A stretch of DNA of 64,000 nt from Octopus sinensis (taxonomy: Eukaryota): positions 55,118,001 to 55,182,000 of the forward strand of contig NC_043009.1 of the NCBI RefSeq assembly GCF_006345805.1, read 5' to 3'. Shown here piece by piece: positions 40,310-53,063 of this stretch; the stretch's first letter is position 1; each line of letters starts with the position of its first letter. The notes below the pieces were generated by a model, which was not told the DNA's origin, ran no database searches, and saw nothing but the letters and a program-made list of their open reading frames with translations. The position numbers and the translations under genes are program-made.

Positions 40310-41666
40310 TTCTTTACTACCCACAAGGGGCTAAACATAGAGGGGACAAACAAAGACAGACAAAGGGATTAAGTCGATTACATCGACCCCAGTGCGAAAC
40401 TGGTACTTAATTTATCGACCCCGAAAGGATGAAAGGCAAAGTCGACCTCGGCAGAATTTGAACTCAGAATGTAACGACAGACGAAATCCGGCTACGCATT
40501 TCGCCCGGCATGCTAACGTTCCTGCCAGCTCTTATATATATATATATATATATATTTAGTCTGAAGAAAATGAGATGACAAAGATATAAGCAATTATCTT
40601 ATGAACCTCATTAGCTTACAGCTGTTTCTGCTGTAATAATCTTGATATTTTGGGTAAAATACCCCTTTTCAAAGGTATTAGCAGAACACTTTTGAAGGTG
40701 ATGAATTAGCAGAGTCATTACGGCATTGGATGGGTTGCCTTGTGGTATTTGTTGACTCTTTGTGTTCTCAGTTCAAATCCTACTGAGATTAACATTGCCT
40801 TTCTTCCTTTCAGAGTCAATAAAAAGCACCATTGCAGAGTGGTGGATTGGTAGCACTGCTAGAATGAGGCAGGATGTCTTATGGTTTCTATTCAATCAAG
40901 TTGTGTTCTAATAGCAACATCTGTGATGACACTGGTGCCTAACTGTACCAGCACAAATTGGCAATCTTGCCTTTGGATAAAAATCAGTATCATGGAGAGA
41001 AGACTTGTCTTCATGGGCAACTGTTAGTCTTCTTCAAAAGAATGCTGCCCAGGCCTACATATACATGTTCAGATTACATGGTCAACTGAGACTAATGGAG
41101 ACCCCCTAAGAGAATGAGAGAGAGAAGGAAATATGTCCATTAGATTAACAAGTGCAATTTGTGTGTGTGTGAGTGTGTGCGCACGCGCGTGTGATATGGT
41201 CAAAAGATCGTGTGTGTCCCCCACCAGTTACCAACGTTACAGTCTAGGGTTTGTTATGTTGAATGCGGTGTCCTTATTCATGTTCTTACATATGTTGTAT
41301 TGCTTCATTAATGACATGATTGATGCTTTTGTAATTTTGCTTTCTTCTTGGTAGGAGTGTTGGCCCTATGCAAAAAATCTTTTTACTGCTGAGAAAAAGT
41401 GGTCCATATTAGTCTGGCTTTTGACCTGTCCAGTATGAGAGGTCCTCCAAGAAGCTTGTGTTTTGCTGACTCAGGATCATTGAGATACACAAGCAACCAC
41501 ACAACAACAAAGACTGGACCTTGTGGAGGCATGCATGAAGGGTGTGTGAATAATAGTCAGAAGTGGGTTGAGTGGTATGGGTATTCAGTATTCTGAGACA
41601 TATACACATAGTCAAGGCAGTATGGTTAAAAAAAGACAAGGTAATGATAGAAGACATGACCTACAA

Positions 41667-41924
41667 CAGTGTTTCTCAACAAAGGTCCATATGGTTCTTG
41701 GGGGTCTGTATCAGATTTTGTTAAAATTTATGTGCAATAAGCAAGTTATATTTCAACAGTACACAAGATATTTTAATAATTGCTTTTATACAATTTCTAA
41801 TAATATTTAATTATAAAAATATAATAAGATTTTTTTAAACACCAAATGCCGAGGAGGAGGGGAGGCATCCAAGTAATATAGGAATCACAGGAGTTCATAG
41901 GTAAAAAATGGTTGAGAAACACTG
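41667..41924. mobile_element. hAT (Charlie-type) MITE
   Basis: Perfect 14-bp TIRs CAGTGTTTCTCAAC/GTTGAGAAACACTG; 8-bp TSD ACCTACAA/ACTTACAA. A more degraded relative lies at ~3668-3897. Confidence 0.8.
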
Positions 41925-42252
41925 ACTTACAAGAGAGAGAGAGAGAGAGACTCAGGATATGTGGGGAGAAAAGGAACAAGAGTATAATGGTAGACAGAGA
42001 GTGACAAGGTAATGACCTGCAATACAGGAGGAGAGAGGGTGAAGTTAGAGTGAACTGAGCATTGGTCGAATGCAGTCTCCTATACGTTGACTTTGAGATG
42101 GACCAGAAGGTTAAGTGATGAGGCTGACACTAGGGAGAATAGAAAGCAAGCAGGTCCTGTACCAATGACTTTGAAGATTAGCAGAAAATGAGTGAAAGGG
42201 AGCAGAGAGAGAGTAACAAAGTGTTGGAGATGCAGCAATAGTAGATTTAGCA

Positions 42253-42293
<41 letters not shown>

Positions 42294-42336
42294 AACATAT
42301 AAGGGATGGCCATAATAGGACATCCGACTCACTTGG

Positions 42337-42430
42337 CTTTTCTGCTGACGAGGCAACGCCAGTGGTAAATAAATTGATTAAATTAATTTATTTACAAAAG
42401 ATTGCCGAAACTATGCATAGTCCAGAAAGG
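42337..42430 (+). ncRNA. Type I hammerhead ribozyme motif
   Basis: Stem I CTTTTCTG(42337-44)/CAGAAAGG(42423-30); core CTGACGA 42345-51; stem II GGCAA/TTGCC extended by an 11-13 bp apical helix; GAAA 42407-10; palindromic stem III CTATGCATAG; GTC cleavage triplet ending at 42422. All consensus core nucleotides are present. Confidence 0.85.
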
Positions 42431-42647
42431 AGAGGGTAAACGTTTTTATTTCTCTTTCCATTTCAGAATTACAACTATTAGTGGTTTGGAGTTTGGCTGC
42501 TCTTTCTAGTGAGTCGGATGTCCTATTATGGCCATCCCTTATATGTTTGAATGTATATTATATAGTCTATTGACTAGATTTTCTTTCTCAATTGACCGTT
42601 GGTGGCGGAGAATTTTTCTAGAATTTTTTGCTACCCTAAAATTTATT

Positions 42648-42685
<38 letters not shown>

Positions 42686-43286
42686 TGTTCGGTATACATC
42701 AACACCACTGCTTTCGTTATTTTTGATCTGCCATGTTTGCATTGCTGATTGGATCTTCTATGGTCAGCTTTCCACCATCACTGTGAATTGTCAACCAGCA
42801 TGGTCTTTCACATCCCCCTCCATGCAACATCTTGAGATCGTTTTTCACCACTTCATCTTAAATATTCTTTGATTTCCCTCTTCCACTGTTACAACTCTTT
42901 TGAGCATTTGGTATTTCTTTATACAGCTGTCATCCTCCATATACATCACATGTCCATACCAACACAGTGTTCTTTTGTATACTACACCTAACTTTACTTG
43001 TATTCAATTTTAATATCAATATTTAATATGATTCTCTCAAAATATATATATCAAAATATAATATGATTTTTCAGACCTTAAAAGATGAAAACTTTTGTAA
43101 CATTCAGCTTGATCTCCAATCATTATCAAGTGTTTTAATCCTAGATGTGTACATATTACAGAACTGGGAGCTTTTATTTTTAAACTAAGAGTTAATAATG
43201 CTCTGATGCACAAGAGTTACTACTCTAGATTTAAAATTAAAGATTCTAAGTTCAAATCTAATTTGGCACTATGTACACATCCCAGA

Positions 43287-43647
43287 GACGCAATAGCCCA
43301 GTGGTTAGGGCAGCGGACTCACGGTCGTAGGATCGCGGTTTCGATTCCCAGACCGGGCATTGTGTTTTTTGAGCGAAAACACCTAAAGCTTCACGAGGCT
43401 CCTGCAGGGGGTGGTGGTGAACCCTGCTGTACTCTTTCACCACAACTTTCTCTCACTCTTTCTTCCTGTTTCTTTTGTACCTGTATTTCGAAGGGCCAGC
43501 CTTGTCACACTGAATCTCCTCGAGAACTACGTTAAGGGTACACGTGTCTGTGGAGTGCTCAGCCACTTGCACGTTAATTCCATGAGCAAGCTGTTCCGTT
43601 GATCGTATCAGCTGGGACCCTCATCGTCGTAACCGACAGAGTGCTCC
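43287..43647 (+). mobile_element. tRNA-derived SINE family D with 13-bp TSD
   Basis: A box GCCCAGTGGTTAGGG, B box GGTTTCGATTCCC; TSD TACACATCCCAGA at 43274-86 and 43648-60. Confidence 0.85.
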
Positions 43648-43754
43648 TACACATCCCAGAATTCATTAATAGTCTAAAAAAAATTAAATATATTTACAGT
43701 AATACATCTCAGACATTTACATCTTTTCATCAAAATGTATCTTTTGTTACCTAC

Positions 43755-44258
43755 CTTTCCAGACTTTTCTTGGTTTTCTTTTGTGGCAGTATTTTTGTCA
43801 GGAAGTGTTTCTTTATTGTTCTCTTCTTTGTTATCTAAAGATAAAGACAGTCTCTTCAGGTTACAGTCCTGTAAAACATCACTCTGGTCGTCTTCCTCAG
43901 AGAAGTTACTTTTCATACGATTGTCATCACTCTCATCGGTGATTCGAACATCTTCCATATCAGATTTAGGTAACTGTACATTATCAACCTGTGGTGTGGT
44001 CATTTCACTGGAAATGGTGCTATCAGAGCTCTCGAAAGAGTTCATAAATTTATCGACAATTTCTTCATCAGTTGACTTAGCCATTTTACCTTTCTTTTTT
44101 TGCTGGTTTTTCTTATTTTTGCCTTTGGAGGTTTTATTGTCGTTTTTGCCACTGCTTGTTTGGGGTGTTAGTTGGCCTTTCTTGCTAGTGTGTGAGACAG
44201 GTATGTCGTCACCTTCACCAGCACTGGCAAAGGCTCCATCATCTTCAGAATCAGACAT
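43755..44258 (-). CDS. FAM114A2: FAM114A-family protein, coding exon 1 (168 aa, acidic/basic low-complexity N-terminus)
   Basis: Acceptor ttttctag|aaccATG (exon starts 44262), MSDSEDDGAFASAGEGDD...EKSGK, donor AAG|gtaggt, phase 0. The symbol denotes the invertebrate FAM114A1/A2 co-ortholog. Confidence 0.85.
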
Positions 44259-47200
44259 GGTTCTAGAAAAATACAAAAACTTATGTCAATAAAGTATATA
44301 ATATTGAGTAAAAATTATAATATTATTGAAAAATTATAGCACGAGTGGCTTTAGGTGATTAAGAAACTCGCTTTAACATATGGTTTCAGATTCAGTCCTA
44401 CTGTACTGTACCTTAGGCAAGTGTATTCTACTATAGCCCAGGGTCAACCAATGCCACATAAGGGAATTTGGTACACAGAAACTGTGAAGGCGGCAAGTTG
44501 GCAGAAACGTTAGCACGCTGGGCGAAATGCTTAGCGGTATTCCGTCTGCTGCTACATTCTGAGTTCAAATTCCGCCGAGGTCGACTTTGCCTTTCATCCT
44601 TTCGGGGTCGATTAAATAAGTACCAGCTGCGCTCTGGGGTCGATATAATCGACTTAATCCGTTTGTCTGTCCTTGTTTGTCCCCTCTGTGTGTAGCCCCT
44701 TGTGGGTAGTAAAGAAATAAGAAACTGTGTTGAATCCCATTGTATATATGTGTGTGTGTCTTTATGGTTTTGTTTGTCCCTCACCCATCACTTGAAAACT
44801 AGAGTTGGTTTGTTTACATCCACATAACTTAGCAGTTTGGCAAAAGAACCTGACAGAAAAAGTGCCAGACTTAAAATACTCCTGTGGTCAATGTAGTTGA
44901 CTAAACCCTTCAAGGTGGTGCCCTAGCACGGCCACAGTCCAATGACTGAAACAAATGAAAGGGAAAAAGGGTGTGTGTGAGGAGGATTTCTAAAACCATA
45001 ATGATTCTGCCAACCCACTGCCTTTAATAATTGCTTCTCATTAAGGCACAAGACCAGCAATTAAGAGGTGAGGATACAGGGTTAGTTGATACCAGTACTT
45101 TACTGGTTCTTTATTTCGTTGAATCCCAGAAGGATGAAAGGCAAAGATGGCCTCAGCAGTATTTGAACTCAGAATGAAAAGAGCCAGAATAAATAGTACA
45201 AGACATTGTGCTTGATGCTCTAACAATTCTAACTAATCCACCATCCTACTACTACTAAATAATAATAATCCTTTTTACTAAAGGCACAAGGCCTGAAATT
45301 TAGTCGAGTGTTTCATTGGTACTTAATTTATTGACCCTAAATGGATGAAAGGCAAAGTCGAACTTGGTGGAATTTGAACTCAGAACATAAAGACAGATGA
45401 AATGCCATTAAGCATTTTGCCTGGTGTGCTAACAATTCTGAAATAAACAAAAGGGTCAATTGAGCAAATTTTTTAAAATTAGAAACCAAATTTTTGTAAG
45501 GAAGGTAGGGGAGGTACAACCAACTAAATCTACCTCAGTATATTACTGTCAGAAATTTAAACTGTCGTCTTACAAGCAATTTTTTTGAACAAAGAGCAAG
45601 TGTTACTGTTTTCCATAAGGTTCTATTTTCATAATAAATCGTCATATGTTTGTTTCCAGTTTGAAGGTATAGGAATGTTTACAGTTCTCCAGAAAAATCA
45701 ACCTCTCAAGATATATTAAGACTCTCAGTTTGAATAAACTGTTGTCAAAGCATCAAATATGAAGTACATATTTTAAAGACAGGAAATCTCCAAACATACA
45801 AAAGCAAACCTTAAAAACTCATCCATGACTTAGAATTGTTAGAGTATCAAGTAATTCTAAGAATTAAAGAATGGTAGAGGACTTTTGATAAGCATTTCAT
45901 CAGGTAGTGAAAACAGTGAAATTTAGTAACAATTGGTATTTAAATTATTGTATAGGTAGAAAAGAAATATGTGAAGGCATCATTATTGGAACAAGTAAAG
46001 CCATAGTCGGAGTCTTTTTAATGATTCCCTGAGTTTAAATCAGAATCATATTATATAAGAAGGTTATGTCTTAAAAGTATTGAGGAACACAAGTTAAATG
46101 AAAACATTTACGTGCACCTTTTCATACAAATAAACACATAAGATGTTTAAAATGCATAAGGCTGAAAAAAGAATCTGCTTAGATTGAACTGCTAGGCCAA
46201 TTCAAAGACATTGTTGCAATATTGGGAGTGCAAAAGTCTTCCAAACATCTATAAAACTAATGATGCTATCCAAATTAAGAAAAACGTTAACATATTGGTT
46301 TGCCATATACACAAGTCCAAGCTGGCAATGAGATTCTGTAGCTTTTGGATACCAAATTCTACTCACAAGATATTAGTCAGCTGAAGACTATGACAGACGA
46401 TAGTTGCCCAAAGTGCCTCATAGTGCGTTCGAACTTAGAACCATATAGCTTCAAAGCAAATGTTTTTAACCACACAGCTACGTAGTAAGGAAGTGTCCCA
46501 GCAAACCACCCCTACAGTTCAATTTTTATTTCTAGTTGCTGCCATTTCGTTTCTCCTACATCTTTAATGCTAGAAAGAAAATGTATGCACATCACATGAT
46601 GTTTTTCACCCTTTCAATAAATCTTGAGACCGAGTATATATATTTAATTAAATTCACTATAAGGTAAATGGCGTATATTTGTATTTTGGTGAATTCAATT
46701 CATGGGTTAAAGAGAAAGGTTCTTCGTGGTCGCTCGGCCTGGTAGGAATAGCAACCAAATTCCGTCAAACCACACTCTACATTCTTAAAACAGAAAGGAC
46801 ACACTGCACAATGTAGTCCTTGATATACGAAAAAGACATGAAGGTCAAGGACAGATTTCTTTTTTGTCACTGTTGAATCACGGTTGGCATAGAGTTAAAA
46901 ATAACAATAATTGCTAGAAACTTATATACAATATTAATAATAAAGATTAGCAGCAACAACAATAACAAAAGGACATGTTAAATCAACTGGAATCCGATGT
47001 ATTATTACTGCAAGAGACAGTAACCAATTTAAGCACGCAGCATTCTTCTAAAATCTTACAACGTGGATAACACTTCACAAGTTCCATGTTTTCACACACT
47101 ATTTTTCGTTCACCCTCACCCGATGTTCTCAACATCTCCCGTATGTTTTACAATCATCTGAATTTCGAGGAATTCCTCTTCTGGGACCAACCATCCGAGT

Positions 47201-48299
47201 CGCATTTAAGTTTATGTCAACGAACTCTAGCGTTTGTCACAGATCGTAGTTTTTTATCGATTTTTTTTTTTTTATATCAGTCTTTTTCTAATTAGTAATC
47301 CATTATCACAGATTTATATGATACGTTTCTACCGCAATCGGGGTGACTGCTATATTACTACATAATATTTACAAAAGTATACAGAAAGAAATAACAAAAA
47401 AGAAAGAAAGAAAGACAAAAAATCGGTAATTGATAAGCAAAGTATAAAGGAATGTACACTCAATTAATTAATTATGCACCATGCCAAGTTGTGGGGGAGG
47501 GGCACACTGTTTATATCGTGTATGAATCGAACTTGCCAAGCATGAAATATATCTGAACAAGTGGCTAATTTTATAATCAGTTCGATAAGTTAGATGATAT
47601 AATAACGTGACAACCCGATTCACGAAGGCGCTTCTACATGGCCACCCGACTTACTAGAAGTAGCAGACAAACTACCCTCGACACACACACACACGCCCTA
47701 CCGTCTTTAAATGTAGTTAGTTTTAAATACCATTAAAAAAAAAGGGCGGGACGGTCTCCCTGGTTTGCTAAACAATAATAACAACGTGACATTACACAAC
47801 AGGTTGCTGTCCATATTCCCACGACTGGATTTTCAAAGCTCTCTCGCAACGACATAATTAGAACACTTGTTAATTATACATCGAATTTTGATCACTTTTT
47901 TCCACTCAGTGGTTGTGTATTTACGCGAGGACAGCCTCTCTCTCTCTCTTTTTATATTATATAAATAAATATACGATTTGCAATTTTTTGTTTATTTAAT
48001 TATTTATTCTATCTTTACACAAACACACACACCTCTGAAGGGAGATGTTATTACAATATAAACAAACGATAAGGGAATGATAAAGAAAACAAGTCAAAAG
48101 AAAGACAACTGAAAATAGTAGAAATGTGAAATAAATGCAATGAATGACGTAGTATATATTATCTATAAATTAACCCAGACGTTGCTGAGGGTAGGAATTT
48201 TTTTGCTGCAGCAAATTTTTTTTTTTTTTTTTGAATAACATCTGGTGACAATTGAAGACAGCTGACGGGATTAATATTTATTGTGTTGCTGTAAAACTA

Positions 48300-49630
48300 T
48301 CGTGAATACTTACCGAATTCACTAGCTATAATCTTTCAACCAAATTATTCACCGTTAGTGCAGGAGATGCTACATGTAATGTCGGTGAACGGAGGAGTAT
48401 CATCAACAATAATAACAACAGTGATTCTTTCCCAGCAGAAGACACGTCGCTGGCCTCGTCGTCGTCACTCACTTAAACTATATAGCTGTGCGCATGCGTA
48501 GTATCAAGTTGGCCAAAAAAGTAAAAGGACCAGTATTTCACAGTTTGGACTCAACTGATTTTGAGTCTGTCCGCATAGCTAAATTGATCCGAGAGTCGCG
48601 AGTTCGAGTCCCTCTGCAGGTGCATAATTTTCTTTGAGAGAAATTATAATTAAAATAACTATTATTATATGTGGGAAGAGTCCTAATTAACAAAGTCCAT
48701 AAACACACTCATCGATTGTTGTTTGTCTATATTTCATTTCTTTTACTTTTTTCAAAGCTGTTGATGTTCGTTTATGTCCCCCCCCCAATATTTATAGAGA
48801 TGTAGCAACAGTTAAATGATTTAAAAATTGTATAACTTTTAAAATGGATAGAAACGTTCTAGTGAAAAATATTTGGGGAGTCATGAACAGACATCAACTG
48901 CTTTGGGAGGGAAGAAAAGAGAAATATAGACAAACAATTGGTGAGTGTACTTATAATATAAAAATATTGGTTTCAACAGTTTTAGATCAAAAAATTTTTA
49001 ATTACAAAGCAAAATCGAAAATTTAAATAACTTTTTAAGACTAATAATAATAATATTGCCTGTATGTGAGTAGGAAACATTCTTCAAAGAAGTTTTTGTC
49101 CTCTCATTGCTTGGATCAAATATTTTTCTGTTTCTATATTAAATATATGAGACCCTCCTACGAGTATATAAGGTCTCTCTTTAGGGCAAAAATTTGGATG
49201 GAGTTGTTAAAAATATATACCAATAGTGTACCCTTTCAATATCACCCACCCAAGACTGCTTCCTGTTCCATGATACAAACTTCGCGTTTTCAAGTGATCT
49301 AAATTAAAACTCCCCATTAAAACATCCATGCTCATCTATGTTAAGAGACCCCACATTAATAAGGACAAAATTATTTTAACTAAATACTTCATGAATTTCA
49401 AAATTAATTTAAATAAACCAATGAATTTTAATAGAAACATGGTAACAAAAGGACCAAATAGATTCAGTTGATAGTTATAACTAGCCTATTTATAAATATA
49501 GATTTGTATTTAATAAATTGGTGAATGTATTCTTTAAAAACTATTTTAAAATAGGTACAAATCAGCTGAACGTGTCACACTTGTTTTAGTCGTATACTCG
49601 TGTTGAGTGTAATCAAGTCCGAGTCAAAAA
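48300..49630. promoter_or_regulatory. Divergent promoter region shared by FAM114A (-) and ZMAT2 (+), with NRF1-like motif TGCGCATGCG at 48489-48498
   Basis: Head-to-head gene arrangement, local CpG enrichment, near-consensus NRF1/ewg palindrome. Confidence 0.55.
48314..48470 (-). other. Probable non-coding first exon (5' UTR) of the FAM114A gene
   Basis: Strong donor ATTCG|gtaagt at 48313 on -, in a CpG-enriched patch beside an NRF1-like motif. Coding exon 1 has an acceptor 4 nt before its ATG, so an upstream exon is required. The 5' limit is uncertain. Confidence 0.55.
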
Positions 49631-49644
49631 TGGCTTCCTACGAG
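49630..49644 (+). CDS. ZMAT2: ZMAT2 (Snu23) coding exon 1 (MASYE)
   Basis: caaaaATGGCTTCCTACGAG|gtattt, phase 0, joining in frame to the acceptor at 51597; MAS start as in vertebrate ZMAT2. Confidence 0.75.
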
Positions 49645-50796
49645 GTATTTTGTGAAAACAACTTTATAATTTGTTCTATTTTAAAACATAAAATATTCTT
49701 AAACTATATTATTTACATATTTTCATACACAACTATCCCAAGCTAATTTAGATGTTTCGTTCATTATTAAAATCAACACGTTTCATTGGCTCAAATTCTG
49801 TCATTTAATCGTGAAATGTGCTTGGATTGTTGTCAACATAGAATTAAATTTTTGTATTCAAAAGTATTTTCATAGATACATTAACTGCTTAAATATCGTT
49901 GTTTTCATAACAAAAGCTGGCAGCTGTGTGCCACCAAGAAATGCTCTTTTTGTTGCTTTTTTTTTTTCAATGTAAAATCGCTTCATTGCTTTACAATAAT
50001 TAGCCCAAAACTTCGATATTTTTATCTTCAAGGAATTTTTAAATTTTATATTTATTGCACATGGATAATTGATTTATATAATAACAGAAATTAGAGATAT
50101 AATATTCAGTTTTTATAACTCTCTCTTTGACGAATCTGTTTTATCCTTACTCATCGAATTTCCCCCTGCATCCCCCACCGTAAATGAAAATAGTATTTAT
50201 GTGTATTAATGGTAATTATTTTTTTCAAAAAAGAAGGGTTTTGTACGTTAGGTGATAGCCAGTCATCTTTGTATTAATGCTAGTAACGCACAACACCACG
50301 AGACGAAGGGATCAAATAACCGAATTTACTGAACCACTCTGCCCTGTCTGAGAGCCTTTAGAAGTGTTTACTCTGTTGCAGATTTATGGTTCCTTCATGG
50401 CCATGATTTTCCTGCAAATATCCAAGTTGGGCATCAGTTGTATTAGTATCGATATCCACAATTCATAAATACGCACTCAGTCATCTACTTTATCTGTATC
50501 TTGGCTAAAGAACAAAATAGCTGAGTGAGTAGTGTACCGGACCTTTTGTTCAGGGGTTCTTGACTTCAAATCTATTGAAGGTCTCTGGTCGTTTATTTCA
50601 TAAGTACACTTAATTTACACTTTCACCTAACATCAGTGAAAGACGCACTTAGGAGTGTCACCTGCTGTAGACTGGCAGTCTATCCAGGAGGAGATTTATT
50701 TCCCATCCACTTAGACCAGGTGATCTGAATACTAACTCTTAACTGTCCCTTGGTACTGCAGGAAGCATTTATATATTGAGTTATATGAAATGAAGC

Positions 50797-51138
50797 GTGA
50801 AGGCACATGGCTCTGGTTAAAGCATCAGGCTTACAGTCACAAGGTTGTGAGTTTGCTTCTTGGACAGGGCTGTGTATAGTGTTCTTGAGCTAGACACCTT
50901 ATTTCACATCGCTCCAGTTCACTCATCTGTAGAAATTAATTGCAATGTCACTGGTGCCAAGCTGTATCAGTGTTTGCCTTTCCCTTGGACAACATCAGTT
51001 GCATGGAGAGGAGAAACTGGTATGCATGGGTGACTGTTAGTCTTCCACAAACAAGCTTACCCAGACTTGTTCCGTGGAAGGGAACTTTCTAGATGTAATT
51101 CCACGGTCATTTGTGACTGAAGGAGGTCTTTACCCATT
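50797..51138 (+). mobile_element. tRNA-derived SINE family E with 13-bp TSD
   Basis: TSD TATGAAATGAAGC at 50784-96 and 51139-51; related partial copy on - at ~60945-61100 with a clear B box (GTTCGAATCC). Confidence 0.75.
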
Positions 51139-51597
51139 TATGAAATGAAGCATTGATTTTGATTTTACTGTTTATATATCTTGGTTTACACTTCAGTCAT
51201 TTCCTTGATTATTTGCTAATTATGCTAAGTAGCTGAGTTCAAATCTGCTACAGCTCTCTGGTTATTTATAAAGCACACTTAATTTACACTTTTACTTCAT
51301 ATATCTTCAGGGGTTTACATCCAAAATTTCATAGGAGCATCAGAAGATTTATTTCTCCTCTACTTTTTGCCAGATGATCCGAGTACTAACTCTTGTTGTT
51401 CTCTGGCACTGTATAAAATGTTTACATATGCATTGAGTCATATGAAAGGAAACTTTAATTTATATTTTATTATTTATTCTTTGTAGCTTACACTTCTGTA
51501 ATTTCTTTGATTACAATTTCTAATTATCATACATATGAAAGAATACTAATTATTACTTTATTATTGTTTTAATTTTCAATATTGCTTCTTTTGCTAG

Positions 51598-51750
51598 AAA
51601 TCTGCTGCAGACCATCGCAGAAAGTGGGACCGCGAAGAATATGAGAGACTTGCGAGTGAAAGGCTCAAAGCTGAACAGCTGTGTCAGCTGGACAAAAATC
51701 TGAAGGAACCACCAGTAAAACGAGCATTACTGCAGCCCCGTGACTACAGG
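51598..51750 (+). CDS. ZMAT2: ZMAT2 coding exon 2
   Basis: ttttgctag|KSAADHRRKWDREEYERLASERL...PVKRALLQPRDYR|gtatgg; matches ZMAT2 RRKWD.DEYE...RDYK. Confidence 0.93.
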
Positions 51751-53063
51751 GTATGGATTAACAGAGCTTTAGTTTCTTTGTTATTTACATGTCAATATTT
51801 TTTTATTTTTTTTACTTGTTTCAGTCATTTGACTGCGGCCATGCTAGAGCACCGCCTTTAGTCGAGCAAATCGACCCCGGGACTTATTCTTTTGTAAGCC
51901 CAGTACTTATTTTATCGGTCTCTTTTGCCGAACCGCTAAGTGGCGGGGACATAAACACACCAGCATCGGTTGTCAAGCAATGCTAGGGGGGCAAACACAG
52001 ACACACAAACACACACACACATATAGATATATACATATATATGACGGGCTTCTTTCAGTTTCCGTCTACCAAATCCACTCACAAAGCATTGGTCGGCCCG
52101 AGGCTATAGTAGAAGACACTTGCCCAAGGTGCCACGCAGTGGGACTGAACCCGGAACCATGTGGTTGGTAAGCAAGCTACTTACCACACAGCCACTCCTA
52201 ATACAAATATTTGTTGTTGCTGTAACCTTGTGCTAATATAAGAAATCAATATTTATTGCTGTTGGTTGAAATAATAGTGTCATACATTGTCATTTCAAAT
52301 CCCACTAGACTTGACTTCAGCATTCACTACTTCAGGAGTAGAGAAAAATAAGTACCAGTAACATACTGGGGCTCAATATTTTTGCAGCAATAATGAAGGA
52401 TTTTTGTAGTGTAAAAAAATTCTTAATGAATGGAATCCATTCTCAAGTTTTTTTTTTATTAAAGACAATTTTCTTACATCATTAGTACACTTCTTCTGAA
52501 TGTGTTAATGACACTCTCTCCTTCCTTTCCAATGTATATTAATGACCTCATAGAGGCAATGACAAATGACCGAGACCTTTGGCAATATGCTCTGCTTGAG
52601 AAGAAAACATTATTATAATTAAATTCAATAGTACAAAAAGATAAAAACTTTTTACTATCTATACTATAATATTTTACATTACAAACTATTTCACAAAGCA
52701 ACCACACTTAATGCTTTTAGATCATAGTTCCAGACATTTGTATATTACTGCATGCACTTTATACACACTTTGTGACAAGTTGTGGTGCACCTGAGCACTA
52801 TACAATAATTTCATTATTATTATATAATAATTATAAAAATAAGAATAATTAAATAAATGTACGTATCTAAATTATAATTAACAAAAAATAAAAAAATTAG
52901 AAATGAATAAGTACTTTTGTTATTCCTTTAATAAGTAAAATATTATATATATATATATATATACCGGAGTAAACACATAAATGTGAAACAAGGTGGAAAA
53001 AAGAGTACTCAAATACCAGTGGTAGAGTAATATGGTTTATTTAAAAGCAGCAGAAAATTCAAC

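Noticed and set aside
40555-40640. Possible hammerhead (CTGAAGA on +; GAAA-CAGCTG-TA on -)
   Set aside because: The two core halves are on opposite strands, and neither strand has a complete core in register; kept only as a remnant.
43735-44292. 185-aa plus-strand ORF
   Set aside because: Antisense shadow of FAM114A coding exon 1; Ser/Leu/Phe-rich with no recognisable domain. The same applies to 5080-5307 opposite the NUP58 exon.
48570-48625. tRNA gene
   Set aside because: Only a B-box/T-arm-like segment; no acceptor stem or full cloverleaf. The heads at 43287 and 15991 are likewise SINEs, not tRNAs.
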